A stretch of DNA of 64,000 nucleotides. Source: Octopus vulgaris. Lineage: Eukaryota. This document shows, piece after piece, positions 27,565 to 40,259 of the stretch (positions within the stretch are counted from its first letter, which is position 1; each line of letters opens with the position of its first letter). The notes beneath the pieces are model-generated. The model did not search any database and was not told the DNA's origin. It saw only the letters and a program-made list of their open reading frames with translations. The stretch spans positions 78,988,001 through 79,052,000 of the forward strand of contig OX597819.1 in the NCBI GenBank assembly GCA_951406725.2, read 5' to 3'. Position numbers and translations under genes: made by a program.

Positions 27565-29552
27565 TATAGAGAGTCACATATATATTTCAAAAATTTAACA
27601 AAAACACAAATGGAAAATTTTATAAAAACACATCAGTCAACATCCAAAAGATCACAATTTTGCACCTTTAATGTCGATATGGTTCACATCTGGTGGCACC
27701 AGTGGCAAAATGTTAATGAGAGTAGCTAACGTATGTACAGGAAAATGACAGAAACAAACATGACAAAGTGAAATACACATACACAACAAGAAAAGCTATG
27801 TGACCACAAGATGATAGGCTTGGGGCAGCACAAATGAAAATGTCCTCTAGAACTGGAGACAAGAAAAGGACAGATAGAAAGTCAGAATGAAGTAAGGAGT
27901 AAAGTAATTAGTAAGGGAAAGAGGGAGGTAGGCAAAAGATTGGCAAAGAAAGAGACTGAGGGTTTCTTTCAGTTTCTGTCTCCCAAATCCACTCACAAGG
28001 CTTCAGTAAGCTTAGATGTCTTGCAAACAACTTGCACATGCAAGTGCTACCAGTTAAAAGCTCCGTATATCGGAAGCTAGCAAGTGTATGGGGTCATCAG
28101 GAGAGAATGCACGCCGTTTCGGCGCCTACCTCTCGACGGCATCAATGCGCACCAGCCCCCCTCACTGATATGAGGCCCTGCTTGCTAGATCAGCTGGTTA
28201 TGAAGAATCTTGCCCAAGATGTTTCACTGTGGGATGGAACCCAAAACCATGTAACTGGGAAGCAACTGTTTTAACTACACAGCCATATCTGTGCCTCTAT
28301 GTATATATGTATGTACGCATGCATGCAGGTATTTATGTGTGTATGTATGCATGCATATGTATATATATGTATGTATATGCATGCATATATGTATGTGTGC
28401 ATGTCTGTGTATGCATACATACATGTATGTGTGCATGTCTGTGTATGCATACATACATGTATGTATGTATGTGTGTATATATGCATGCATACATAAGTGC
28501 ATGTATGTATGTGTGTATGTATACATGTATGTATGCATGCATGCATGAATAAATGGAACGAAATTATAGTGAAGGGTCATGTGGTCTGTTGGTTATGCTG
28601 TTGGGCTCACAATCATAAGGTTGTGGGTTCAATTCCTTGTGCTATCTGTTCTGGCTCTGTGCATTCCGAGTTCAAATCTTACCCTGTCATTGAAAAACAG
28701 TGGCGCTTGTGCAACCAACAGATATTATTAGCAATTTGAATAACTACAGATTGACTTCCACCACAACTACTCTTGTGTGTGTGTGTGAGTGAGAGAAAGA
28801 GAGACAGACAAACAGAGAGGTTGCTATACAGTTTCTGCCTACCAAATTTTAGTCACGTAGCATTGGCCAGCCCAAGTTAATATGTGCTGTACAATGGGGT
28901 CGGACAAATTAGTTGGACATTTAGCATCAACTATCCATTGAGGAAAGGGCATTTTGCTTTATGGCTGGATCGATAATAAGGAAGTAACGTTGGCTGGTGG
29001 CTGAGGGAAGAGGGTGGATAGTAATGTTAATCAGTGAATCAGTTACACACAAATACCTTTGAGTACTTCTTACCAGATTTTAGTTTTCAGTGATGAGTTA
29101 ACATTATGGTTGTGGATACAAGTGGTGGGGTGGGGGGGTTTGTTGAAAGTGATAATGATGATTGGGGTAAGGGTATTATAAGATAACAACAGCGATAGTA
29201 GCTAAGTGGAGAATTGACATATTTGTCAGAATATTGGTTAGAATACCTGGCAATATTTATTACATTTCTTTATGTTCTGAGTTCAAATCCCACTGAGGTT
29301 AGCTTTGCCTTTTATTTTTTCAGGGTCAGTAAAACACACCAGTCTAGGATGATGGTTGAGGTGGGTTGGTAGAGCTGGTAGAGGGGTCAGGCAGAAACAC
29401 CTTGTAAGGTTCGTTTCACCTCTTTGCATTGCATTCTAACAGCAATATCTGTGAGGATACTGGTGTCAAACTGTATTGACCCAAGGTGGTAGCCTTTCCC
29501 AGGGATAAACATCGATAACATGGAGAAGGGTGATTTGCATGCATGGGTAATT

Positions 29553-29952
29553 ACTCTCTACTCTTTTACTTGTTTCAGTCATTTGACTGCGGCCATGCTG
29601 GAGCACCGCCTTTAGTCGAGCAAATCGAACCCGGGACTTATTCTTTGTAAGCCCAGTACTTATTCTATCGGTCTCTCTTGCCGAACCGCTAAGTGATGGG
29701 GATGTGAACACATTAACATCGGTTGTCAAGCAATGCTAGGGGGACAAACACAGACACACAAACACACACACACATATATATATACATATATACGACAGGC
29801 TTCTTTCAGTTTCCGTCTACCAAATCCACTCACAAGGCATTGGTCGGCCCGGGGCTATAGCAGAAGACACTTGCCCAAGATGCCACGCTGTGGGACTGAA
29901 CCCAGAACCATGTGGTTGGTTAGCAAGCTACTTACCACACAGCCACTCCTGC
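29553..29952 (-). mobile_element. SINE family A, full length
   Basis: Reverse-complement match over the whole unit. Confidence 0.9.
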
Positions 29953-30688
29953 TAATCTTTCGAAAACAAAATCTTGCCCAGGTCTGCAATTATATGCAAG
30001 TACATGGTCAGCATTGACCAATGGAGGCAACTATTATTTGTGATAGTGGCGACACCCATGGTGGTGGTGGTTGAAATTGAGAAGTGTAGCATATACAGGA
30101 TTTACGATCAGAGCCCCATTTTCTTGACGTTAGTATTTAAGCAAGACTGCTGAGTAACACATGTAGTTTAGTAAAGTTTTGTTATTGTTGTTGTGATGGT
30201 AATGGTGTTGTTTAGCCCCAGGTCTGTCCTGAGCAGGCCTTTGGGGTAGGGTCTAGAGATTAGGCAAAGAGGTTGGAAAAATTATGTAATGTATCTTTTT
30301 CATTTCAAGTTATTGTTTCAATAATCGATGGGTGCGCTTTGAGGCAGATTTGGTTATTGTTTCTAGCGTCTGAGCAACTGTTTAGAGACTACCTTGTTTT
30401 TATTCGCTTGTGGTGAATGTAGATGTTGATGGTGAAGTTGTTTTAGTGCCCCTGTTTGTGGACTATCTCAAGGAGGTGGTATTGCCGGTGGCTCTGGTGG
30501 TGGTGGGGGTTGTAGTGATGGCGGTGGAACTGGTGGTGGTGGTGGTGGTGGTGGACAGTTAAGACAGTTATGATGGGAGCTCATCAAGACATCCATCTTT
30601 GTCACAGTGGCCAGATAGTCCGAAGCAAGGAGGTCACAGTTTGAAAGACACCAGATGGCCTAACATGATAAATTGCACTGTACATGCG

Positions 30689-30724
<36 letters not shown>

Positions 30725-30981
30725 CACACGTACACTTTCTTTGTTGCTCCTCCCTGCCTTCTCGTTCAAAAGTCCACCCTTTCCTCTTTTTCATCTCCAC
30801 TATCACCACAATTTACATGATGTAGTCTACCGACATCAACTAGAATGCTGCTCATGTGCAACCACCAGCTCGACATACATGCACATAATGTGCAAGCCTT
30901 GGTGCATTGTGCATGTGCTTGGATGTGCCTGTGTATTTGTTGTGTTTCTGTATATCGCTATGCACGAATATTGTCATTCAT

Positions 30982-31030
<49 letters not shown>

Positions 31031-31549
31031 ACACATACACATAACCCTTCTCCCTGTTTCTCTCTATCTGCCTCTATAAACGTGTGTGTGTGTGTATATG
31101 CTAGTGTATCTGCATGTTGCTGTTGATGATGTATGCGTTATAGCATTGTCTCATGTATGATCACCACATAAGCCACCGCCAGCACTACCACCACCACCAC
31201 CACTTCAACCACCTCAACCACCACCACCACTACAACCATTTCCAGTCTTATTGCCACCATCACTTTAACCCTAATTTCCGTTGTTAGTCTAGTGTTTAAT
31301 AATAATAATAATAAAAATAATAATAATAATGATAATAATAATAATAATGTGCTGACCCTTTGTTGTCATGGTTAAACTGTTGAACGTTGTATCCTTCCTT
31401 TACTTGGCTTCAAGTCTGTATTCAGATGCCGCATATCATTGATTAGTTCTGTATAAAGAAGGGCCAACTAACTGGCCGTAAAATCATTGCGCCTTAATAA
31501 CGTTTTTCCTGTTTATTCACCTGAACCTATCTCTGTAATTATCGTTTAA

Positions 31550-31716
31550 GTGCAGGCGTGGCTGTGTGGTAAGGAGTTTGCTTCCCAACCACATAGTTCC
31601 AGGTTCAGTCCCACTGCGTGGCATCCATGGTCAAGTGTCTTTTACTATGATCCAGGACCTACCAAAGCCTTGTGGGTGTATTTTGTAGAAGGGGAACTAA
31701 AAGAAGACCATCATGT

Positions 31717-31755
<39 letters not shown>

Positions 31756-31915
31756 GCAGTCGTGCCTGTATGGTAAGAAGATTGTTTCCCAGCCACATGG
31801 TTCCAGGTTCAGTCCCACTACATGGCACCTTGGGCAAGTTGTTTTCTGCTAAAGCCTTAGGCTGACCAAAGCCTTGTGAGTGAATTTGGTTGACGGAAAC
31901 TGAAAGAAGCCCGTC

Positions 31916-31953
<38 letters not shown>

Positions 31954-32415
31954 GTGTCTGGTTGTCTCCTCTCCACCACTACCACCACCATTGCTTGACC
32001 ACTGATGCTGGTGTGTTATTGTCCCTGTAACTAAGTGATTCAGCAAAAAGGACCAATAGAATAAGTACTAGGCTTACAAAGAATAAGTCCTGGTGTCGAT
32101 TTCTTCAACTAAAACTGTTCAAGGCGCTGCTCCAGCTTGGCCACAGTCAAATGAAACAGATAAAAGAATAGAATAAACAATATGTATTTATGTGTGTGTG
32201 TTTGTCTTTGTACCTCCCCCCACTTCCACCACTTGGTAACCAGTGCTGGCTTGTGCCCTAGTCACTTAGCAGTTCAGCAAAAGCGATTGATAGAACAAAT
32301 ACTAGACTTCAAAAAACAAAACGTACTAGGGTTGATTCATTCAACTAAACCCTTCGAGGCAGTGGCGTAGCATGTCATGGCTGCAGTCCAATGACTGAAA
32401 CAAGTAAAAGATAGA
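31550..32415 (+). mobile_element. SINE family A nested in the central (TA)n of an older family A copy
   Basis: Order is head (31550-31715), complete copy (31757-32170), then a second tail (32180-32415). Confidence 0.75.
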
Positions 32416-32862
32416 TATCCATACATATATATATATATATATATGTGTGTGTGTTTGTGTGTGTATGTGTGTATTTACAGATATTTTGTTGGATGGCTAT
32501 TGACTGCTCATGAGTTCCGCCACCCTTTAACGGGTCTTAATTTTTCATTCCGCAGGGTGTCCAACAACACCCTCCTCACCAAGCAAGCCTGATGGGGTTG
32601 CCAGTTTAGGCCCTAACAACTTGACCATGCGACAGGTTTAGCTACTCCGTGTCATTCACCAGAGTGATATGTGATCACTTTATAGGATGTTTGAGTGTCG
32701 GCTTGGTGTCTCAAATGAGATAGTTTACCTCATGGACAGGTAATGTCACACCGGTGAAATACTTCTTGGGCCAATAGGTAGGGATAGTGCAGTACAAGCT
32801 ACACCCACTGAAAATTATTCATCTGCACAGGTACTTCCTGTACTTCAAATCTTAGTAAAATC

Positions 32863-32875
32863 ATGTGTGTGTGTG

Positions 32876-32906
<31 letters not shown>

Positions 32907-33087
32907 ATGTATGTGTATAGACATGTATGTATGTATGTGTATATACATGTATGTATGTGTGTATATATATATGTATGTGTGTATATATATATATATATGT
33001 GTGTGTGTATATATATATATGTGTGTGTATGTATGTGTATATATATATATGTGTATGTATGTATGTATATATATGTATGTATGTGTG

Positions 33088-33122
<35 letters not shown>

Positions 33123-33231
33123 GTATATATATATATATATGTATGTATGTGTGTATATATATATATATATGTATGTATATATATATGTATATATATATAT
33201 ATGTGTATATATATATATATGTATGTATATA

Positions 33232-33316
<85 letters not shown>
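32863..33316. repeat. (TA/TG)n microsatellite, one of many
   Basis: Seen directly. Confidence 0.95.
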
Positions 33317-33322
<6 letters not shown>

Positions 33323-33428
33323 AACTGAGGAAAAGAAATCCTTCAAAGGAGTGTTAAACATCCAATTCAGTGGTACTTCAGTTGGAAAGCATATAAACAT
33401 TGGTATAATTCAATAATAATGATGAATT

Positions 33429-33812
33429 AAATATAGAGATATTCTATTTGACATTCAATAATTTATTTATATTACAATATTACATTAAATACTATGAGTA
33501 TAATATAAGATAACATAAAATTACATAAATAATTATATAATCACCGTAAAAGGCCAGCAAATTGTTTCGACTTACATATATTTTTTCTGATATACATAAT
33601 CCCAGTTCCATTATATATAAGTAACTTTAGGGTCCTGAAGTAACATATATAATGGAACTATGATTATGTATATCTCAAAAAATAGTTAGTTAGCCTTTTA
33701 TGTTTTTTTTTTATTATTTATATAATATCATGTTATGTTATATTATATTCATTGTGTTTAATGTAATATTGTGATATAAATTATTGCATGTCAGTAGAAT
33801 ATCTCTATATTT
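33429..33812. repeat. About 385-bp imperfect fold-back palindrome
   Basis: aaatatagagatattcta.. pairs with ..tagaatatctctatattt; symmetry continues to the centre at about 33631. Confidence 0.85.
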
Positions 33813-34026
33813 CACTTTATATATGTGCATATATGTATGTGTCTGTGTATGTACATATATATGTATATATATGTGTGTGTGTATATATGTATATATATGT
33901 GTGTGTGTATATATGTATATATATATATATGTGTGTGTATATATATATATATGTGTGTGTATATATATATATATGTGTGTGTATATATATATATATGTGT
34001 GTGTACATACATATATGTAATATATA

Positions 34027-34233
34027 TCATCATCATCATCATCATCATTTAGCGTCCGTTTTCCATGCTAGCATGGGTTGGACGGTTCAACTGGGGTCTG
34101 GGGAGCCCGAAGGCTGCACCAGGCCAGTCAGATCTGGCAGTGTTTCTACAGCTGGATGCCCTTCCTAACGCCAACCACTCCGAGAGTGTAGTGGGTGATT
34201 TTATGTGCCACCGACACAGGTGCCACCGACACA
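34027..34233 (-). mobile_element. Retroposon family D (RTE-type 3' tail ending in (GAT)n)
   Basis: On the minus strand: ggttggcgttaggaagggcatccagctgtagaaac...aaacggacgctaaatgatgatg. Other copies at about 3300-3665(+), 15503-15650(-), 22766-22912(+), 38282-38460(-), 40497-40650(+) and 41860-42108(+). Confidence 0.75.
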
Positions 34234-34251
34234 GGGTGGTGTTAGTTAGTA

Positions 34252-34290
<39 letters not shown>

Positions 34291-34385
34291 ATATATATAT
34301 GAGTATATATATATGTGTGTATATATATATATATGGCTATATATGTGTGTGTTTGCATATATATATATGGCTATATATGCGTGTG

Positions 34386-34422
<37 letters not shown>

Positions 34423-34704
34423 ATGCACACATACACGACATGCTTCTGTGAGTGAATGGAAGGACAATACACATTGACTAGACTGCAGTGTAACAGTAAA
34501 GCTAGTCTGATTTCATTTCACAAAGATCCCTAACCACTTCACATTCTTTATTTTCTCTCTTTGTTTCTTTCTGTGTTCGTTTTTGTGGAAGAGCGTGGGC
34601 TCGAAACCTTAAAGACTATTTCATTTCTCGGCGTTAAACTAATACATCTGTTAGTTGTTTACACCACCTGTCTTCATCTTTTGTTTTTTTGTGAATTTTC
34701 CCTC

Positions 34705-35096
34705 TATATCATCTTTCACCTGTTCCTTTCTGTGTATCAAATGCCAGAAATGTTATAGGGAAATTCAGAATCTCAGATTATTCAGGACCTTTAGCAGTCA
34801 AACATTTGCCTAATGAATTATATTTTTGATTGCCAAAACCAGTGTAAAGTATAACAAGTGTGTGTTTAACCCTGATCTCCCTAATTACCTAAATAGCATT
34901 CCACAGGTATCTGTTCTCTTGTTTACTCTTTTTACATTCTCCAAATTTTCCCACAAACTTACTGATGTCCTGGTAGTTGCTACTATTCATTGTTCCTCAA
35001 ATGTTTGTGATTCCCAAAGGTGCTGAAGAATCCGAGATCCTGAATTTTCCTATAGCATTTCTGTTATTTGATAGACAGAAGGGGTCTGGTGGAAGA

Positions 35097-35104
<8 letters not shown>
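34705..35104. mobile_element. MITE/fold-back element with about 115-bp imperfect TIRs
   Basis: atatcatctttcacc..tatcaaatgccagaaatgttataggg.. versus ..cctatagcatttctgttatttgata..ggtggaagatgatat. Confidence 0.75.
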
Positions 35105-35130
<26 letters not shown>

Positions 35131-36867
35131 TTCTTCTTTCATTCGTGAAATTAATATCAGCCTCTTAGAGATTAGCCCACAAAATCCACAAGATCCTTTC
35201 TGGATCAGAAACATCGAAGAACATGTAATACAAGCATCATACTCTAGACAATGCACTCCAGTTTTCAATAGCAAAAATTCCATGAACTGTGACTCCTCAT
35301 AGATAGATCCCACCTTTGCTCTACCCTTTTCATCCTCCTTTACATACACATTTGGTAGATTTGTTCCTTTCTATCTACCTCTCCAAATATTTCCGCTTTG
35401 CATAAGCACATGCCAAGTGTGAAAGTAACTCTGGTTGCTTCAAACCAACAAGGTTACCAGCCCTAACAACATTCTTTCCATACTCTCAAACTGCATTTGT
35501 TATCAGACTCTTCAGTTTTGCGCTCTCAAAAGGGTTGAACCCTGATCTTAATCATGCCATATTGTTTTGCTTTCCCAGTAAACGTAACCCTTCATACTCT
35601 GCCTACTATTGTCCTGCTGCGCTCACTTCCAACATCACCATGGTAATGGAGATTAGCTATTAACAGTTTTCAACACCTTGAATTTCCCTGTTTCTCTCTC
35701 ATTCCCTCTTCCATCAGTATAAGAGGACCTGCAAAGGCAATGGGCCCTGTCCCTTTCTCTGGGCCAACTGAGTAAAAAACAAAAGAAAAATATCATTCTT
35801 AGATCTGTGGTTCTCAATATGTCATTTGACCTTCTACTACTCTGACACTGGTCTACTCTGTGAAGACTGATCAGAAGTGAGAGGTGGGAAGAGGGTTACA
35901 AAACACCAACGGCCATGTCGTCACCAACACAACGACTACACCAAGTATGGGTTGTAACTACCATCGTTACTAACTTTAATGCCATGGTCATTGCCACTAG
36001 TCCACATCCACCAAGCCTACATGCACTAATATGATTAATATCTTCACACAAATTCTACTAAATGTCTTTCTCTATAACCAATGATACCACAGCCAGCATC
36101 CATCCTGATCGTTGTCAACACCTACACCGCAACCATCATTGTCGTCGTCATCATCAACACTACCAGCATGTTCGTCATCATCATCATCATCAGTATCACC
36201 ATCATCGCTGTCAACATTATCACAAACGTCAACACCAACATGATGATGATCATCATCATCGCTTTCGCTACCACCTCCATTATCACAACCATCGACGGCA
36301 GCCTGATCATCTTCATCATCCCTAGCATCATCATCATCATCATCTTGAAGCATACCACTGCCATCTCCACTGCCACCACCACCTCCATCGCTATCACCAT
36401 TGTGTCAAAGGGAAAAGGAGCATATTTCATTAGTATAATGTCAAAATTGAAAGAAAATTGAAGTAAATTTGGTTAGCTGCCACATTACACTAGGTTTCAG
36501 TGTACTGAAGAGTGAGCATTTGTGTATGTATGTATGTATATGTATATATGTGTGTTTGTGCTTGTGTGCGTCTGGTAGTGGTAGTGGTGGTGGTGGTGGT
36601 GGCGGGAAGGGGTGTAGTAAAAGGCAAGGTACTATAAAGCTGCCAGAAGGTCTGTGACTGATAGCGCTAACTTTACTGCTCTTTGCTTTGATGGATTGGG
36701 TGTATGTCAGCATATAGCAGAGCTCACTTGCCATTTTCACTGCCACATTTACTAACGGCAGCAGCAACAACACCAGCAGCGACAGCAGCAGCAGCTATAT
36801 TACATCTGTTGTGCGTATATGTGAGTGGTTAGTGTATATGTGTGTGTGTATGTGTTACTGTCTCTTG

Positions 36868-36908
<41 letters not shown>

Positions 36909-37470
36909 TCTCTCTCTTTTCACACCCTCTCAAAAAAATTACATTTTCATTCTTTTCCTTTGCTGGCCTTTCCTTTGAAATTGCTTCTAAAGTAATTTTA
37001 CCGATTCTAGTGGTGATGGCGATGGCGCTTGTGGTGACGGTGTTTATGATGGCAGTGGCGGTGGTCGTGGTGATGGTTGTATTGATGTTGATGATGGTTG
37101 TGGTCATGGTGATGGTTGGCGTTTGGGGGCTGCTGGTGGTGATGGTGATGAAGGGGTGATGGTGGCAGTGATCGTGGTGAGAGGTGAAGATGGTGGTGTT
37201 GGTGGTGGTGGTGGTGGTAGTTTTTAGCACCAACATCAATAACAAAATCATAATGATATCAACAACAACAGTGTCATGGTTATGATGGACTTCCAACAGA
37301 GTTCTGAAGCTTCAGGTTTTATAGGTGGTCTGTGTTGTTGTGGGGGAGACAATGATGCAGTCGCGACATTAATACTTCCATAACAATTAGGTTTTCCAGT
37401 ACAACTTAGGAGTTTCAATGGTCATCTGTATTTAGCATTGCACTCTATTGATGTGTACAGTCATCTAGAC

Positions 37471-37659
37471 CAGTGCTCTGCAACTGGTATGCCGTGGCAC
37501 ACTGGTGTGCCACGAGACAGTGCTAGGTGTGCCACAGTATAACCTGAATATAATTTTTTTCCCCTATACTTTTAGTCATATTTTGAGTTCAGATATGTCA
37601 CCGAATTTTGAAAGGAATGTAAATGTACTGCAAGTGAAAAAAAAAGTTGCAGAGCTCTG
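37471..37659. mobile_element. hAT (Charlie-like) MITE
   Basis: TIR cagtgctctgcaac / gttgcagagctctg (13 of 14 match); 8-bp TSD-like flanks atctagac / atctataa. Confidence 0.8.
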
Positions 37660-37668
37660 ATCTATAAC

Positions 37669-38736
37669 CACGGGTTCTCAACCAGGGTTTCTGTGACCCT
37701 TGCAGGACCATATAAGATTTTGTTGTTAAAATCTATGTACAATAGGTACAGGCATGGCTGTGTGGTAAGAAGCTTGTTTCCTTATCACATGGTTCCGGGT
37801 TCAGTCCTGCTGTGTGGCACCTTGGGCAAGTGTCTTCTATTATAGCCTTGGGCCAACCAAAGCCTTGTGAGTGGATTTGGTAGATGGAAACTGAAAGAAG
37901 CCTGTCATAAATAGTTTTATGTATATATTTGTGTGTATCTGTGTTTGACACTACCACCACCACCGTCACTTGACAACCACTGTTGGTGTGTTTAGGTCCC
38001 CGTAACATAGCGGTTTGGCAAAGAAGCCAATAGGATAAGTACTAGGCTTACAAAACAAGTCCTGGGGTTGATTTCTGTAATTAAAACCTTTTTAAGGCAG
38101 TGCTCCAGCATGGCCACAGTCATATGACTGCAACAAAAAAAAAAGAAAGAAAGAAAATAAATTGCTTAGACTTCTATAATGCACAAAATATTTTAGCAAT
38201 TTTTTAAATAAAATTCCTAATAATATTTAATTATAAAAATATAATAGGATATTATTTAAATATCAAATGGCTATGGCCGTCCATCATCATTTAACGTCCA
38301 TTGACCATGCTGGTATGTGTTCGATGGTTTGACCAGAGCTGGCAAGCTGGAGAGCTGCACCAGGCTCCAGTCTGATTTGGCATGGTTTCTACAGCTGGAT
38401 GCCCTTTCTAATGCTAACCACTTTACAGAGTGTACGGGGTGCTTTTACATGGCACTGCACAGGCGCATTTTCAGGGCTTCACACAGGTGCTTTTATGTGG
38501 TACCACATGGGTGCTTTTTATGTGGCATCGCACAAGTATTTTTATGTAGCACCACATGGGTGCTTTCACACGGCACCACACGGGTGTTTTCACATGGCAC
38601 CACACGTGTGCTTTTAAGTGGTAATAACAGAAGTGCTTTACACCACTGTAATGACCAGTCTTAACACTTCTGTTGTCCAGTAAAGTATAACAGGAACCAA
38701 AACGATCCATAGGCAAAAAATGGTTGAAAACCACTG
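37669..38736. mobile_element. hAT MITE carrying nested SINE A and family D insertions
   Basis: TIR cacgggttctcaacca / tggttgaaaaccactg; a homologous copy in the opposite orientation lies at 13937-14497. Confidence 0.7.
37745..38150 (+). mobile_element. SINE family A nested in a hAT MITE
   Basis: Matches family A. Confidence 0.85.
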
Positions 38737-38760
38737 GTCTGTACAGCTGATTGCACAGAT

Positions 38761-39131
38761 ACTCTTTTACTTGTTTCAGCCATTTGACTGTGGCCATGCT
38801 GGAGCACCTTTAGTCAAGCAAATCAACCCCAGGACTTATTCTTTGTAAGCCTAGTACTTATTCTATCAGTCTCTTTTGCTGAACCACTAAGTTACGTGGA
38901 CATATACACACCAGCATCGGTTGTCAAGCGATGTTAGGGGGACAAACACAGACACATATACATATATACAATGGGCTTCTTTCAGTTTCCGTCAACCAAA
39001 TCCACTCACAAGGCTTTGGTCAGCCCGAGGCTATAGTAGAAGACACTTGCCCAAGGTGCCATGCAGTGGAACTGAACCCGGAACCATGTGGTTGGTAAAC
39101 AAGATACTTACCACACAGCCACTCCTGCACC
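38761..39131 (-). mobile_element. SINE family A, full length
   Basis: Reverse-complement match. Confidence 0.9.
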
Positions 39132-39422
39132 TATGTTTAGCCTTTTAGCATTTAAACTGGCCAGATCCTGCCTCTCACAACTACCCGACAGTGTCATTTT
39201 AAAAATAAGCCATCATGTTGTCAAAATCTTGAAGGTGCAATGTCACGCATGGTTAATTCAAAACAATGTGAATAAGTAAGTTTGAGTGAGTAATCCAAAT
39301 GTAAAAGGATTAATTTACATGCCATTTAAATATATATTTCTACAGACTCCTTACACAAAGTTGTTTTTTTTAAAAATCTTATATTTTTATTTATTTATTT
39401 TTGTACTCTGTTTTTTTTTCAG

Positions 39423-39559
39423 AAATGCAAAAGTTCCAATTTAAACTGACAACTAGAGTTTGTTGCCACGTATTGATACCTCGTTGCCTTATATTGTGCT
39501 GAAGTGGCACCTGACTGGAATCAAGTCTTCGGACGAAACCTGAGCCCAAGACCCTGTTG
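39423..39559 (+). other. Candidate non-coding 5' UTR exon (137 nt) with a 25-codon uORF
   Basis: Acceptor ttttttttttcAG (AG at 39421-39422), donor TTG|GTAAGA at 39560, unique sequence, stop codons in all three frames. Confidence 0.55.
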
Positions 39560-39622
39560 GTAAGAAACCTTTGGTTTAAGTAGAAAGTGAAATATTTCAA
39601 GAGTGATATGAATGAAAGAGAA

Positions 39623-39661
<39 letters not shown>

Positions 39662-39798
39662 GGCAAGTTATACCACAGGAGTCAGAAAGATGAGGCACAT
39701 GTGAACCTAATTATGTATGTGTACCTATATATACACCCACACATGCATATATATACACATGCACACGCATATATATATACATACACATACACACATGC

Positions 39799-39833
<35 letters not shown>

Positions 39834-39958
39834 TGCATATATATACACACACATGCATATATATATATATATATATACACAGATGCATATATATATATAT
39901 ATACACAGATGCATATATATATATATTATATATATGTACACGAACACACACATATATA

Positions 39959-40181
39959 CGGGGTTAGCCAAAAGTCAATCAAGACCATCTAATTCCAAGA
40001 TTTATTTATGTTTAACAACGGAATGAATTTAATAAAAGCATTTAAATATGAAACATCATGATAATTGTTCAAACTGAAATCCTTCTTGAGCAACACATTT
40101 TTTTCGTTCGAGTCAACACAGAATTACAGATAGAATTTATGGAATTTTGATTTACTGTCGGGTGACTTTTGGCCAACCCTG
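39959..40181 (-). mobile_element. Tc1/mariner-derived MITE
   Basis: TA-flanked TIRs cggggttagccaaaagtca / tgacttttggccaaccctg; retains the transposase C-terminus CVAQEGFQFEQLS* on the minus strand. Confidence 0.8.
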
Positions 40182-40259
40182 TAGGTATACATACACACGC
40201 ATATATATATAAAGCCATAAATGACAGAGAAATAGTTTGCTGAAATTTTATTTAACATA

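Noticed and set aside
32490-32840. Possible HDV-like ribozyme in a LINE-leader-like segment
   Set aside because: A hairpin agggtgt/acaccct is present, but P3/P1 pairing around tcctcac could not be built.
32799-34467. Long ORFs rich in Y/I/H/T/C/V/M, here and throughout the window
   Set aside because: Translations of (TA/TG/CA)n microsatellites, open in several frames on both strands.
35128-35349. Cys-containing minus-strand ORF (PHD-like LINE ORF1?)
   Set aside because: Spacing is too degenerate to call; probably TE debris.
39525-39539. gtc-TTCG-gac-GAAAC resembling hammerhead stem II
   Set aside because: No CUGANGA directly upstream, and the stem is only 3 bp.
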